This document shows positions 52,415-64,000 of a stretch of DNA of 64,000 bases, piece by piece (positions within the stretch are counted from its first letter, which is position 1; the number at the start of each line of letters is the position of its first letter). The stretch covers positions 16,790,754 to 16,854,753 of the forward strand of contig OZ316896.1 in the NCBI GenBank assembly GCA_973895155.1. The letters are read 5' to 3'. The notes under the pieces are model-generated. The model searched no databases. It was not told the origin of the DNA and saw only the letters and a program-made list of their open reading frames with translations. The translations under genes were made by a program, and so were the position numbers. This DNA comes from Marsupella aquatica (Eukaryota; Plantae; Marchantiophyta).

Positions 52415-52734
52415 TGTTCCGGCTCTCTTTCACAAAACCTGGCTCGGAGAGCAAGGGGTGGTGATAGGTGCAGTACCTGATTCAGACAAACGAGAGGAGG
52501 TCATTTATCTGCTCCTCCTGGTTGTCTTTCTTGCCGAAACCACAGTTTGCAAAACATTGCCATTGAAAGACTCGGAAAAGGTGGTCAGGAATCAACAGCT
52601 GCGGTAAATGAACAATACAGGAGTTCCGAAATTCTTTAAAGCTTCATAATTATCCTGCATAAAATTTATGGATGCCCAAAACATCAACCTCTAGCTGCAT
52701 GACAGACACAATCAATTAGAGTAGGCACAGCTCA

Positions 52735-53496
52735 TGACAGGGGCAAGCGACACAGAATTAAGGGGAATAGGGCTAAACGAGAACGAACTGACCCCCACCG
52801 TGATTCTTCCACGACAACACCACTGAGACAGTTGGACACGTGAACTGCAATTTCATGCAAGAGTATCTCAGCTTCGCTCATCCAGGAGAGGATGTCAAAT
52901 ATGAGTAAAACGTCCAGTTCATAGACAACACTTTGTGGCCTGATTACTCTCTATCCAGGACATGACTGCTCCTCGCAACGCCCGTTATTCCATTCAACTT
53001 CTATTTGGAGACCAGTGGGCTTGTACTTTGGAAGTATTATTACACCCGCTCAGCTGAGAGACCAGGATTTGTGATCTAAAAGCTGCAGTAGAGTCTGTAC
53101 CAATAAAATTGTGGAAACAACTGTTTCATACGACTCACTATTCGACGTCCGCTCCAGGACTTCTTTCAAGGCACTCACCAAAAAGTTAAGTCATGACTAA
53201 ATGTGGAGTCGCAGGATCATATATCGTCCAGGGAATAACACTAAACCCACTTGCTAGAGCACGAATCCTAAAACCAGTCTCGACGGAGTGCAATGCGGTG
53301 TCGACAAACCTTGACCGCATAAAAAGTACCAAGCATGCGACTTCATAACCATTATGGACAACTTTCCTACTCTCTTATCGGACAGCGCTCAGGAAGCTGC
53401 AACCTCTATCATCCTCAATGTGTTCTCCTCCATTCGGTTGAATATTTCAGTATTCTTCATGGATACTTCCATACCAAAAACCCTACCTCGCGGTTG
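52735..53496. repeat. ~760-bp direct repeat, copy 1 (upstream of the PhyH gene)
   Basis: TGACAGGGGCAAGCGACACAGAAT...CTCGCGGTTG is nearly identical to 60452-61210. Confidence 0.97.
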
Positions 53497-55910
53497 GAAA
53501 ATGCCCAAAAACCATTTAGATAAATGACAACTTTATAAAGTGCAAAACCCTTGATAAGTGTATTTTGCACTCAACTAAGAAAAGTTGTACACTTATCAAT
53601 AAGCACATAATCCCATAAGATTGCATTTACTAATAAGAGCTTCTATACAATCAGGTACTTCACATAAGTAATATTTCTTACACAATGACATCCTTTACAC
53701 AACAACATCTCATCATTTACATTGACATTGTTTGCACAACCTCATCTTTCCCATAAAAGTCATCGTTTATTTAATGACATCTTTGCACAGCATCTTTTAC
53801 TTATGACATCTTTTGCATAACTTCTTTCACTAAACGGCTTCTGCTCAACAACAGTTAACAACATTTCATGCAACAACAGCTTTTACACAATGACATCTTC
53901 TATGCAATGCACAGGGATTGAGCTTGTGTGTTCATAATCAATTTGTTTTGAAAGACTTGTCATACATGAGAGTTATTCTTTCCACTCTGGCTGGTTTTGC
54001 CGACTGAAAAGATGCAACGGTCTTTATTGGAAGAGAAGCAATGCGATCAGGGTTTCTTCTTAGAAATAATCATAAAATTAACAGAAGTTGCCCTAGCTAC
54101 TTTGCGTTAGTGAACTGCAAGGAACTGGAAGGTATCACACAGTTTTCCTGATGAGTGAAGGAAGAGGATAGGTTGCCGGGACTGGGTGAGATTTCAATTT
54201 CAACAGCAACGTGTGACCACAACAAAACAATACTTTCTCGAATTTGGTGACCTGGAAAATGGTACCAATAGGATCATATCTCAATTTCACAGTTCTGAGT
54301 TTGGTCGAGGGAAGAAGTGCATCAGGGATCAATAAATTGGGCGTTGTATCTCAAGCATTCACAAGGAAGAATCACAAGGAAGAATTTCGTGATAGGTGTG
54401 GTTAAGAAGTTGATTGCGAGGTGTCATGGTCCTCAAGCTGATGGAAATTCGACATGTACACTCTCCAGGAAGAAATTGATATGATCGGCTCCGAAACAAG
54501 ATTGGGCTGCAGTTGCAGAATGTGATTGTTTACGATCGTACCAGTAAAATACTGCATTTCGGAGATTCCATTACCAGGTGCTTGTATATAGGTGTTACCT
54601 CGAATCACACAATCTACGACACTTCCGGGCAGAAGGTGTTATGGTTCCAATTAACTAGAGGTCAACTGAGACATGACTTTTGTATGGGAAGGTACCTCTC
54701 CCTGTATCCGGAAGTATTCGTGAAGCTTATTCAATGGTCTAGTGAGAACAGAACAGCATTCGCCTTGTCATTGCAAATTTTTCCAAATGTGGTAACATTA
54801 TAGCCAAACGACTACGGACAATCTCTGGTAAATCGGTCCTGTTTACATCTTCGATTTATCCACTGACGACATCAGCCATAGCTTGTGCAGCTTGGCTGCT
54901 CCAAGTTTGCTTCATTTTTCTGGTTGAGCCCCTCCCCGATGGCGATGGTAGTTTGAATGACCACCATCCGAATATCAATCTCAAATAAATTAGCCATTTC
55001 TTCTAACGATGACACTTTCTCCCCCCTTCAGCCTGAGGGGTAAAAGTGAACCTGTAACTAACCACTGTTGTCTACACAATGAATTGAAACCTCCACCTGA
55101 AGCCTTGTGAAAGATCTCCCCACTTATGGACCATAGATCTAATACTAAACAAATTGCTTTCCCTGTCGAGATTGGCATGTATAAAACAGGTTCCCCACCT
55201 CCAGGCTTTGGCACTAGATGACTCCTAAACTGAGTAAGGGAGGATGGCAGGTAGTTTCGGTGCTACTGTACATCATGACGTGGTCTATTCACCACAACCA
55301 TATGGGAGAGGTCGGGACTGGAGAAAATCTCAAAATTAGAGTAGGTCTCAAAAACATTTACAAGGGGTGATGTAAGTGAAGCCATCAAGGTTGCAGAATA
55401 CACAGTACGACCTGGATTACCTCAGGGAACCTGTTCTCCAAACCTAACCCATCAGAATAAAATCAGATATAATCAACCCCAACTACTACTGATGAAAGTA
55501 TGACCAAGGCGACCCTGATGAGTGAGGGCAAGTAACTCGCATCAGCTCAATCCAGTCCTAACCCACGACATTCTCACCTCAACATTTTCTTGCAAAACCT
55601 ATAGGGGGCCCACACACCTGCGTAGAGGGTTAGTTCCTGCAAGACTTGGAGTTTCAGATCCGGACTTCCATCACGTCACATTCTTCGACAAGCTGTTTCG
55701 GTGGGGAGTATTCGTCTCAAGCCCACTGCTCACACCTCAACAGCGTCCACTCCACTTTTTCCATGAAAAGCTTAAAATATACTTCTCGACAGACGTAGGA
55801 GATAACGCGCGACGGCCTTAAACTTTTTGGAAGATCGTGACTGTTGGCTGATTGGGCAAATGATGGGCAGGTTAACAACAAATTTCCTAAATTCTAAACA
55901 CCAGGCACCA

Positions 55911-58900
55911 TTACCCATCTTCGTCTTCTTCATCCCCTTCGTCTGCCAATAGTTGCTCACCATCTGAAGCACCCCCACCCTCCCCGACCATTTGTTCCCC
56001 ATCGGATTCCTCACCCCTTCCATCACCTGCTGTATCCTCTTCGTCATCTGTGTCATCCCTACGGTCCCTACTTCGATTAACCCTTTCTCGATCAACCAAC
56101 CGCGTGTGGGGAGCATGGCCACCATCATCTACAGCATCATCCAAACCTTCGTTACAATTCCGATATAGTAGACATCACTGTATACTGAGGATATTATTTT
56201 GAGTGATTAGCAACAGTTTGAACATTTCTGTATGGTGTGCAACCCTGAACGACCACACCATCCGAAGATGAGGGAACAGAACGCAGCACTCCACTCAAGA
56301 GAACCCACCAAGTAGGTCCAGTAAAAACGGAATATCAGAATCCTTTAAGAAGAAAGACTAATTTTAACAGTAAAGTCAATAATGGCTTTAATTATCTCAG
56401 AACACATGACGAAAGTATTGATCTAACTACGTACTTTAACATGGGCCTACGACTGGGACTACAAAAGATCAATCGTATTGTTTGCATGTACAAATCCAGC
56501 ACTGCTATCTTACCACTTCCAGCGTCATCTGAAGACTCACCAAGCTCAGCGAGAGCAGTCCGAAGAGCTTCTCCATGGGCCTACCAGATATAGCATGCAC
56601 ACATTGCAACCACAACCATTCAATTTTACATTACCCTTGGAGTTTCTCGACCGCAAAGGAGTATCAGAATTCTTTGCTAAGAAAGATAATTCGACACCAT
56701 AATGGGAAGCAAATGCTAGAGAAGAGCTACCTATAACGGTACGTCGTTCGACCTTTTGGTTCATTTTCTCAGGCCATCTCCTAAAGCAGTCATCCTGTCG
56801 TGCATTCTACTTGAGTGACAATCTAACATACTGGTGCCAACTTCTTTTACCTTCGCTTTGCGCTTCATTGACTCCAGTTTCTCTATATCGGTGATATCTT
56901 TCAAGTTCTCAGCCTGCTATATACAACCATCACAGGTCACTTTATGAATAGGCATTCATAAAATAACACACATCCATCATGATGCTGTTTTAGGAACTGT
57001 CTGTCGTATGAGAAAGTAGATCTGGTTGTCTTATAGGATTCCTTATTCCAGGTTTACACCGATTTGCAATCCTCAGACTTTCATACTGACCAGAAATTGA
57101 AAATAGCTAACATTCATGGCCAAGTCTCGTTCCAGCTTGCTGTTCAATTTTAGCAGTACAGAGATGGGCATACTACCTCTTTCAGCAGGGGCTCGACAAC
57201 TGGAATTTGCAACGTTCGACTACCCTTCCTGTCCAACCCATTCTCGTTCGCCGAAGAACCCCTCCAAGATCTCGTCTGGGCAATAGGCACAACCGCAGGT
57301 GTAGAGGCAGCTGCTTGCCCTCTTGCAGCACCTCTGGCCCTTCCGGCTGCTGCAGCCGAAGCCCCCCTCGCACCAGCCCCTCTCTTTATTCCTCGTCCAC
57401 CGCCACGGCCTACAGGAGGGGGTCCTGGAGTGCCCTTATTTACTAGAGATATGGGGGCCGCTTCTACCCATTTCATGTCACTTGACGACATCTGCAGATA
57501 GACAACAAACAAACATACAGACCTTATAACAGGAACCACCTCAGCTACACCATAGAATCTCTACGTACTAATGCCCGCAAAGTGCGTTAGTTGTTCTTCA
57601 CGCTACACTAAGACTTATAGACATGCAAATTCAGAGTCAAATTACCTCCTTCAAATTCACCCACTCCCACGTCTCTTGTGCAGTACCCATGTCATAAACA
57701 AGAGCGTGCAGTCCCTGTACAAAACAATAACAATTTGGCATTGAAAGCTTCATGCCATTCCCAACGACAACTACGTGGCAATGCCATCCGACTCACCGGC
57801 ATAGGACAACACATACTCTGTAATATTGAAATATTAGTTTGATCAAAACACCTGTGTTCGGAACTTGGCACTCAGGACCCTTATTACAGACTTAATTTTG
57901 TAAGTCAAGCGCAAAGGAACCCTTCATACACTAATAATACAGACAGATACTTGCATTCTATGCGGTACAGAAAGTGGCTTGGGCATAGAGAGTTGCACCT
58001 TTGCCGGGTCATAGTCGGTTATCACAGCTTCATAAAAGGTGTTGTCTTCAGGCCACCGTGTCTGCACTTTTCGGCCAATATGATGATCGGATGGTGAATC
58101 CGGTCCCACTACAGCCCTTGCTGGGGCTGGACCCCTCCCAATATTTGATCCTCTACCTGCAGGTGGACCTGCTGGTGTTTTGGGGGTTGTTGCTGCAACC
58201 ACAGGCGGCTGACGGCCCTAAAGAGATGAGAACATTGTCATGACCTTGACATGCAGACATGGTTTTGGTATATACTTTACCCTATATACTGTACCAAAAG
58301 CTTCTAGCAGGCTTGTACTGCTAAATGTTCAAGCAATCAGAAGTCAGCGGTCTAAGTGTGAATAATTGACAAAAGCATGTTAGAAAAAATATTTCCGATG
58401 AAGGCAGCAACCTAAAAAACTTACCCCTTTACTCTTTTTCCCTCTGGGCCCCACGGGAACACCCCTCTTCGAGGCTGCTGGAGATGGGGCAGGAGGAGCA
58501 ATATTTGATACTGGCTTCAGTAGAGGTGGCGGTAGCGTGGGAGGTAAAATTGGGGGTGTTTGGGTGACATGAGCCGTCTTTTGCTTTTTCCGTGACTGAG
58601 AAACAGCTGGACTCGGAGAAGGATCATGAATTGGTACTGGAACAGCAGGCGGTTGAGCCTCTTCCAACTGTCTCCACTCCCTGCAGCAGCGATTAAAAAG
58701 GCTACATGAATAATCTGCTATTAACCAGTGAATCGTCTGTAGAAGACCGAGCATCTAGACCTTTCCTTTGTCTACCTCTTGAAAAAGAGTCGCTGGTGAA
58801 AAATCCAAGTAGAAACTGTCCACCTACCCTTCAACCAAGCATCCTGGCATCAAGGTGTTCACTCGCATGAGAAAAATCACTCTTAGAGGGAAGGAATCGA

Positions 58901-61900
58901 TAAAAAGAAAGATCGACAGGAAAGGAAGTGCTAAGAACCTGATTTGACGAATCGCTTCATCACCGAAAATTCTAGTTAAAATCTCCCGATGCTGTTCATC
59001 TGGAACTCTTAGCTCCTTCCTTAGATCAGACATGAGCCGCTCCTTGGCCTAAAAGTCAGGAGGGAAAGAACCAACTGAGAGGCATTGAGGCAAAGCTTGC
59101 AACCGCGCTGAGTAAATTTCTGGCACAAAGAAGACGCTTACTCGGAAATGGCTTACTAATATTCTGATCTTCGTCATCAATAACACTACAGATTCAAGTC
59201 GTCCAGTATCAACTTCACATTATTCAACAGGATCTAAAGGAAATCCTTGAGATTAGAGACAGACAAAAATACCCAAGTAATGGCCTCTGACTGAGCTCCG
59301 AAAGCTCGAAGCACAGCGGTGTAGGCATCAAGCTCCAGCTTTCTGATTTGCTGGTCTGCAGTAGTAGGCATCTGTGGTCTCCCATACGATGAACCAGCAG
59401 CAGCCCTTCCATTGCCACTAGGTCGCCCACCTCGTGTCACCCGGTTGTTGTGGTTCGGCGGAAGATCGTCATCTGTGCCTGTACTCGACACAGCAACACC
59501 TAACACTTGTCAATTTCAAGCCTACTCCCTTAATAATCGTAAAGCTGACGTCCTCTACTGTGTCTGAGCACGACCTTTTCGACAACTAACAGATGCCCCC
59601 AATCCGTCTAGCCATACGAGAACGTATAACAAGCAGAAGAGGACATTTCTCACACACAAATCCGAAAGGGAATCCGAAAGGGACAGCTATACTGACACTA
59701 TTTCATATAAAATGCAGTTCAAACTATACACAAAAGCAACAATATCTTTCCCGCCAAGGTTCCAGGGTTTCAAAGGCTACTTGCGAAATAATCAATACAA
59801 ATTGCATTAAAGACGTTATCTTTAGGAAAAAGGTCCCCGCAGCCACGTCTCTCGTTGGAACCGACTACAAAAACTACATTCATTCCTTCATTCTGCGTTT
59901 TGAAATTTGCAACTTTCTCACAGATATTCAATCAACCACTGGCACTACAATGCGCGTAACCATAATGGCAAGGGTTAGAATTTCTTCGTTATTTCACACT
60001 TTCCGTCATGATTCATTCTACCTTTGAACATTAGCTTCTTCGTCTGCATAACTTCTTCTGCCTTCAAACATTGGCTTCTTCATCTGTCCACTATCAAATC
60101 TAGGTTAGGAATCATTCATCACTCATCACATAAAACGGAATATAACGTCCTCCTCTCACTGTAGCCTAACTATCTATCTAGCATGTATTCGTCCGTCTGG
60201 GGCGCAAATCAAACTTCTCTAGTTCAATCAACGTACAGGGCCTATTGGTAAGACTACAGTAGCTTGGGCAGAATAGCTCCTCTCTCGTATCATCTAATTA
60301 ATTCTATAACATGCGGGGGTTCATGAAACTCTTGACAGATGACGGCACAGCTGTCATGGCTGACAAGAAGAATTTCCCCAAAAGTTCGTTTCCAGTGTCA
60401 CGTGAACTGGACCAGAAATACAGAGATTCATTTAGAGAGTATCCAAAATGCTGACAGGGGCAAGCGACACAGAATGTAAGGGGAATAGGGCTAAACGAGA
60501 ACGAACTGACCCCCACCGTGATTCTTCCACGACAACACCACTGAGACAGTTGGACACGTGAACTGCAATTTCATGCAAGAGTATCTCAGCTTCGCTCATC
60601 CAGGAGAGGATGTCAAATATGAGTAAAACGTCCAGTTCATAGACAACACTTTGTGGCCTGATTACTCTCTATCCAGGACATGACTGCTCCTCGCAACGCC
60701 CGTTATTCCATTCAACTTCTATTTGGAGACCAGTGGGCTTGTACTTTGGAAGTATTATTACACCCGCTCAGCTGAGAGACCAGGATTTGTGATCTAAAAG
60801 CTGCAGTAGAGTCTGTACCAATAAAATTGTGGAAACAACTGTTTCATACGACTCACTATTCGACGTCCGCTCCAGGACTTCTTTCAAGGCACTCACCAAA
60901 AAGTTAAGTCATGACTAAATGTGGAGTCGCAGGATCATATATCGTCCAGGGAATAACACTAAACCCACTTGCTAGAGCACGTCCTAAAACCAGTCTCTAC
61001 GGAGTGCAATGCGGTGTCGACAAATCTTGACCGCATAAAAAGTACCAAGTATGCGACTTCATAACCCTTGTGGACAACTTTCCTACTCTCTATCGGACAG
61101 CGCTCAGGAAGCTGCAACCTATCACCCTCAATTTGTTCTCCTCCATTCGGTTAAATGTTTCAGTATTCTTCATGGATACTTCCATACCAAAAAACCCTAT
61201 CTCGCGGTTGTAATCATCACCAAAAGGAAGGTCCCAAAAGCAACGAACCAGCTATGCCTGCAACAGCGAGATAATGCTCCCGGCATTGACTGTAAACGTG
61301 ACCTACGAATTAAGGTGATACGGTACGAGTGCAATTATCCAGCTTTCAATCTCGGTCAAGAACTTCCGGAAAGCGGGAAAACGTGTGCCTGCTAGAAGAT
61401 CTGCCCCAGGTCTTGTGATAAAAGAATCGCACCTTCGAGAACCCCGACTTTGCAACGGTACACGTACCCCTCAAGTTATTGTACGAGACTGACAACATGA
61501 AGTTGAGTTGTGCGAGTAGGCATTGTACTTCATTATTGTGGATTTTTTATTTTCTTGTTATTCGTCCTAAAGTCTATGTTTTGGTCCGATGAAGTAAACT
61601 GTTCTTTACTTATCCCACGGTTTCTTGCAAGTACCCCCGGATTTTTCATGATAACGGAAAAGCGAGAGATAGAGCTCGGCCTCAGGGCCTAGCACAAAAA
61701 TAACTTGCATACCAAGGTGGCATACCAAGGTACCTCATATGCGCACGTCTTTGCATTCATTACTTGAGGAACAGGAGTAGGCAACAAAAGAAGAGTTGAG
61801 GAGTGGCAATAGAATACTGAAATTACAAAGAAGAGTAAGAAAAGTGGGAAAAGAGAGTATAGGAATAGTGAGAAGAGTAGGGAAAGAGCAGGAACTCACC

Positions 61901-61930
61901 GCTACTATCTGACGGATTATTATATTCCAT
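55911..61930 (-). CDS. EML: EMSY-like protein (ENT domain + Tudor/Agenet-like domain), 10 exons
   Basis: Exon 1 (61930-61900) MEYNNPSDSS splices to GTDDDLPP at 59478. ENT domain: IRKLELDAYTAVLRAFGAQSEAITW|AKERLMSDLRKELRVPDEQHRE. Tudor-like domain: IGRKVQTRWPEDNTFYEAVITDYD|GLHALVYD..ETWEWVNLKE. The acidic C-terminal exon ends at 55911. Confidence 0.94.
60452..61210. repeat. ~760-bp direct repeat, copy 2 (inside the first coding-region intron of EML)
   Basis: Same sequence as 52735-53496. It lies within intron 59479-61899. Confidence 0.97.
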
Positions 61931-64000
61931 GTTGGGAACTACGACAAAGCCGCAAGCCGCCTCATCATAGGTGGTAATACCACGGCGTCTCTCTCCTCGC
62001 CGAATACATCACGCTACACGACCATACAGGCTAGTAACCTTTGAGTAGCATCAGAACACCTGCATTTCCTGATCATACATATCCTTCCCTACGCTACCCG
62101 AATATCAGCGGCACGTTCGGCTCCAGTCCACAAACCTGCAGACCTACGCTACGTCCTGACCTCAACTTTTCTTTTCCCAAAAAATTGAAACCACACAGGT
62201 CGATAGCCTTGCCGCCTCCCGTCTCCAAGACTTCCAAGACCAGTCCCTCACCAACGGCCCTTTTCCATGTTTGCACCACCTCGTATCCTTCTGTCCAGAT
62301 AACCTGCTCAATGGCCAAACAGCCAAACCCTAACAGCCCGAAAGTCCAACTTCGCTTCAACTCAAACCCAAACACGAGCCTGTCTGCCGATAAACCTCGT
62401 GGGAGAGCGCGGCGCAAGAAACGCCACACCCTCGAAAGATACTGCAACCACTCCGACTATACCGCTTCCAACTCCTACATCACCTACGCCCCTGCTCCTT
62501 GCCCCTTTGGTCCCGCCGGGCACATACACAGTGCTACGAGCAGCACAATCATGCCCTCGCAAACATGTTTCAAACGTCAAGGACTGCCACCCCTCTGCTC
62601 TCCCCGCTCCTCTCCTCCGCCACCGAGCAGAAAGGCCACAGACCGTCGAGCAACGCACTTCACCACAGCACCACTCCTCCTGTGTCGCGCTCGCGCTCTC
62701 CTCAAACTCCCAGCAGAAACTAGCGCAGCAAGCAAGTTCGCAGAGCACAGAAGAAGCGACCCAAGCAAAGCAGAGCAGAGCAGAGCAGCAAAGAGAGAGC
62801 AGAGCCGCAAAAGAGTAGTGAGAGTGCGGGAACGAGAGGACGAGTGGACGACAGGACGGGACGGGTGCTCCGCTGCGCTGCGCGGGCAGAATTAATCGGG
62901 AACAAATGACGAGCACAAAGACCAGACGGATCGCACACACAGACACACCCACAGAGACACACACACCCACACAGAGGAGGCAACCCCAGCAAAGCAAACG
63001 CGAAAGCAACGAAATCAGCAGAACTAGTAGCAGAGCCAGCCACGGAGCAAAAGTGCCCTCTCTCTCGTTCTTCCTTCATTCGATCTTTGTGCGCCACCCT
63101 CATCGCTATTTATGCCCTCCTGCCTCCCTTCCCTTCAACCTCGCCGAAGTTCGCGCGCCCGTCCCCGTCACTCGCCCTCCGTCCCCCGCCGTCGCCTCCC
63201 TCCCTCCCCGCAACCTCCCCCTCCCTCCACCGTCCCCCCTCCCGGCCCCGGTCACCACTCCCCACTCCTCCGGTCTCTCCCTTCTTGGCCCCCACGTTGC
63301 AACCGGCGACAGCCCGCTTTCCCAGGTAAAACTCACCTGCAAGCGTTCGCGATGCCTTTCGCGGCCTGGCCGACGGCGACGGTCTGCCAGCGAAACACGT
63401 TACCACGGTACAGTACACTCCAGTCGCCCGCTCAACGGCGGTTCAAATTACCTCCTGCTCTGCCGGTTGCGGTTCAAAATATCCTCTGCGCTTCCGGTTA
63501 CCACGGTTCAGTGTACAGCGAGATGCACAATCGGACCCGCGTTACCGCCAATCAGCGAGCGAGCTCTTCCGGTTATAGAGCGTGAAACAGCGGAGACCAG
63601 ACTGGGACCGAATTTGAGGTCCATCTTGACTGGAGTTAGATCGAATGATAATGGCACTTTCCTGGGAAGCAATTGTGACCGTAGATAGGCCGATGAGACT
63701 CCTAGTTGGGAAGGGATGTCACGGCGGGAAAGTTCATATCAGGGGGCTACCACCGGCAACTACCGGCAACCACCACCACCTCTGGTTCAAAGTACGCCCG
63801 GTCACCGGATGGGGTACTCCTACTGTACAAAGTGCTGTGCCTCCATTTGAGACAGACATCATTCTTCCGATACAACAGTTTTTTTCTGGCTGATGTGAGA
63901 CCAGCCTGGTGGGGTGACACTCGGCATAATTGATGATTTGATGCAGCGTTTTTCATTGGCGAAAGTTGCTAGATTTCAACCCCTCTGAAAAGTTTTTTGC

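Noticed and set aside
52735-61210. The two 760-bp copies as LTRs of one retroelement
   Set aside because: There are no TG..CA termini, PBS, PPT or TSD. The interior is a host gene whose first exon lies outside the pair.
62041-63688. 284-aa and 260-aa + strand ORFs
   Set aside because: They are low-complexity, GC-rich and antisense to the probable EML 5' leader and promoter, with no recognisable domain.

Overview
Eukaryotic nuclear DNA from a land plant, most likely a bryophyte (liverwort-like). Genes have GT-AG introns and long 5' UTRs and are separated by repeat-rich blocks. In order, the window holds: the 3' end of a frameshifted Ty1/copia retrotransposon with PPT and LTR; a small hydrophilic LEA/dehydrin-like gene; plastid-targeted phosphoribosylanthranilate isomerase (PAI/TrpF); an intronless Gly/Tyr/Pro-rich At5g39570 (PLDrp1)-like gene; a 12-kb RAD5/RAD16-type SNF2-RING helicase with an N-terminal RIN13-like Cys/His domain; a Kelch fragment; a membrane-anchored HAD-IIIB acid phosphatase; a PhyH-family 2OG dioxygenase with a probable mitochondrial presequence; and an EMSY-like (ENT + Tudor-like) gene. 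The most unusual items are a patchwork of three plastid gene fragments (rpoC2, ndhH, rpoB) inside one helicase intron, the RIN13-like/SNF2-RING fusion, a ~760-bp duplication with an identical core, and several inverted-repeat elements. I saw no rRNA, tRNA or CRISPR array. All identifications come from manual translation and recalled family motifs; no database search was run.
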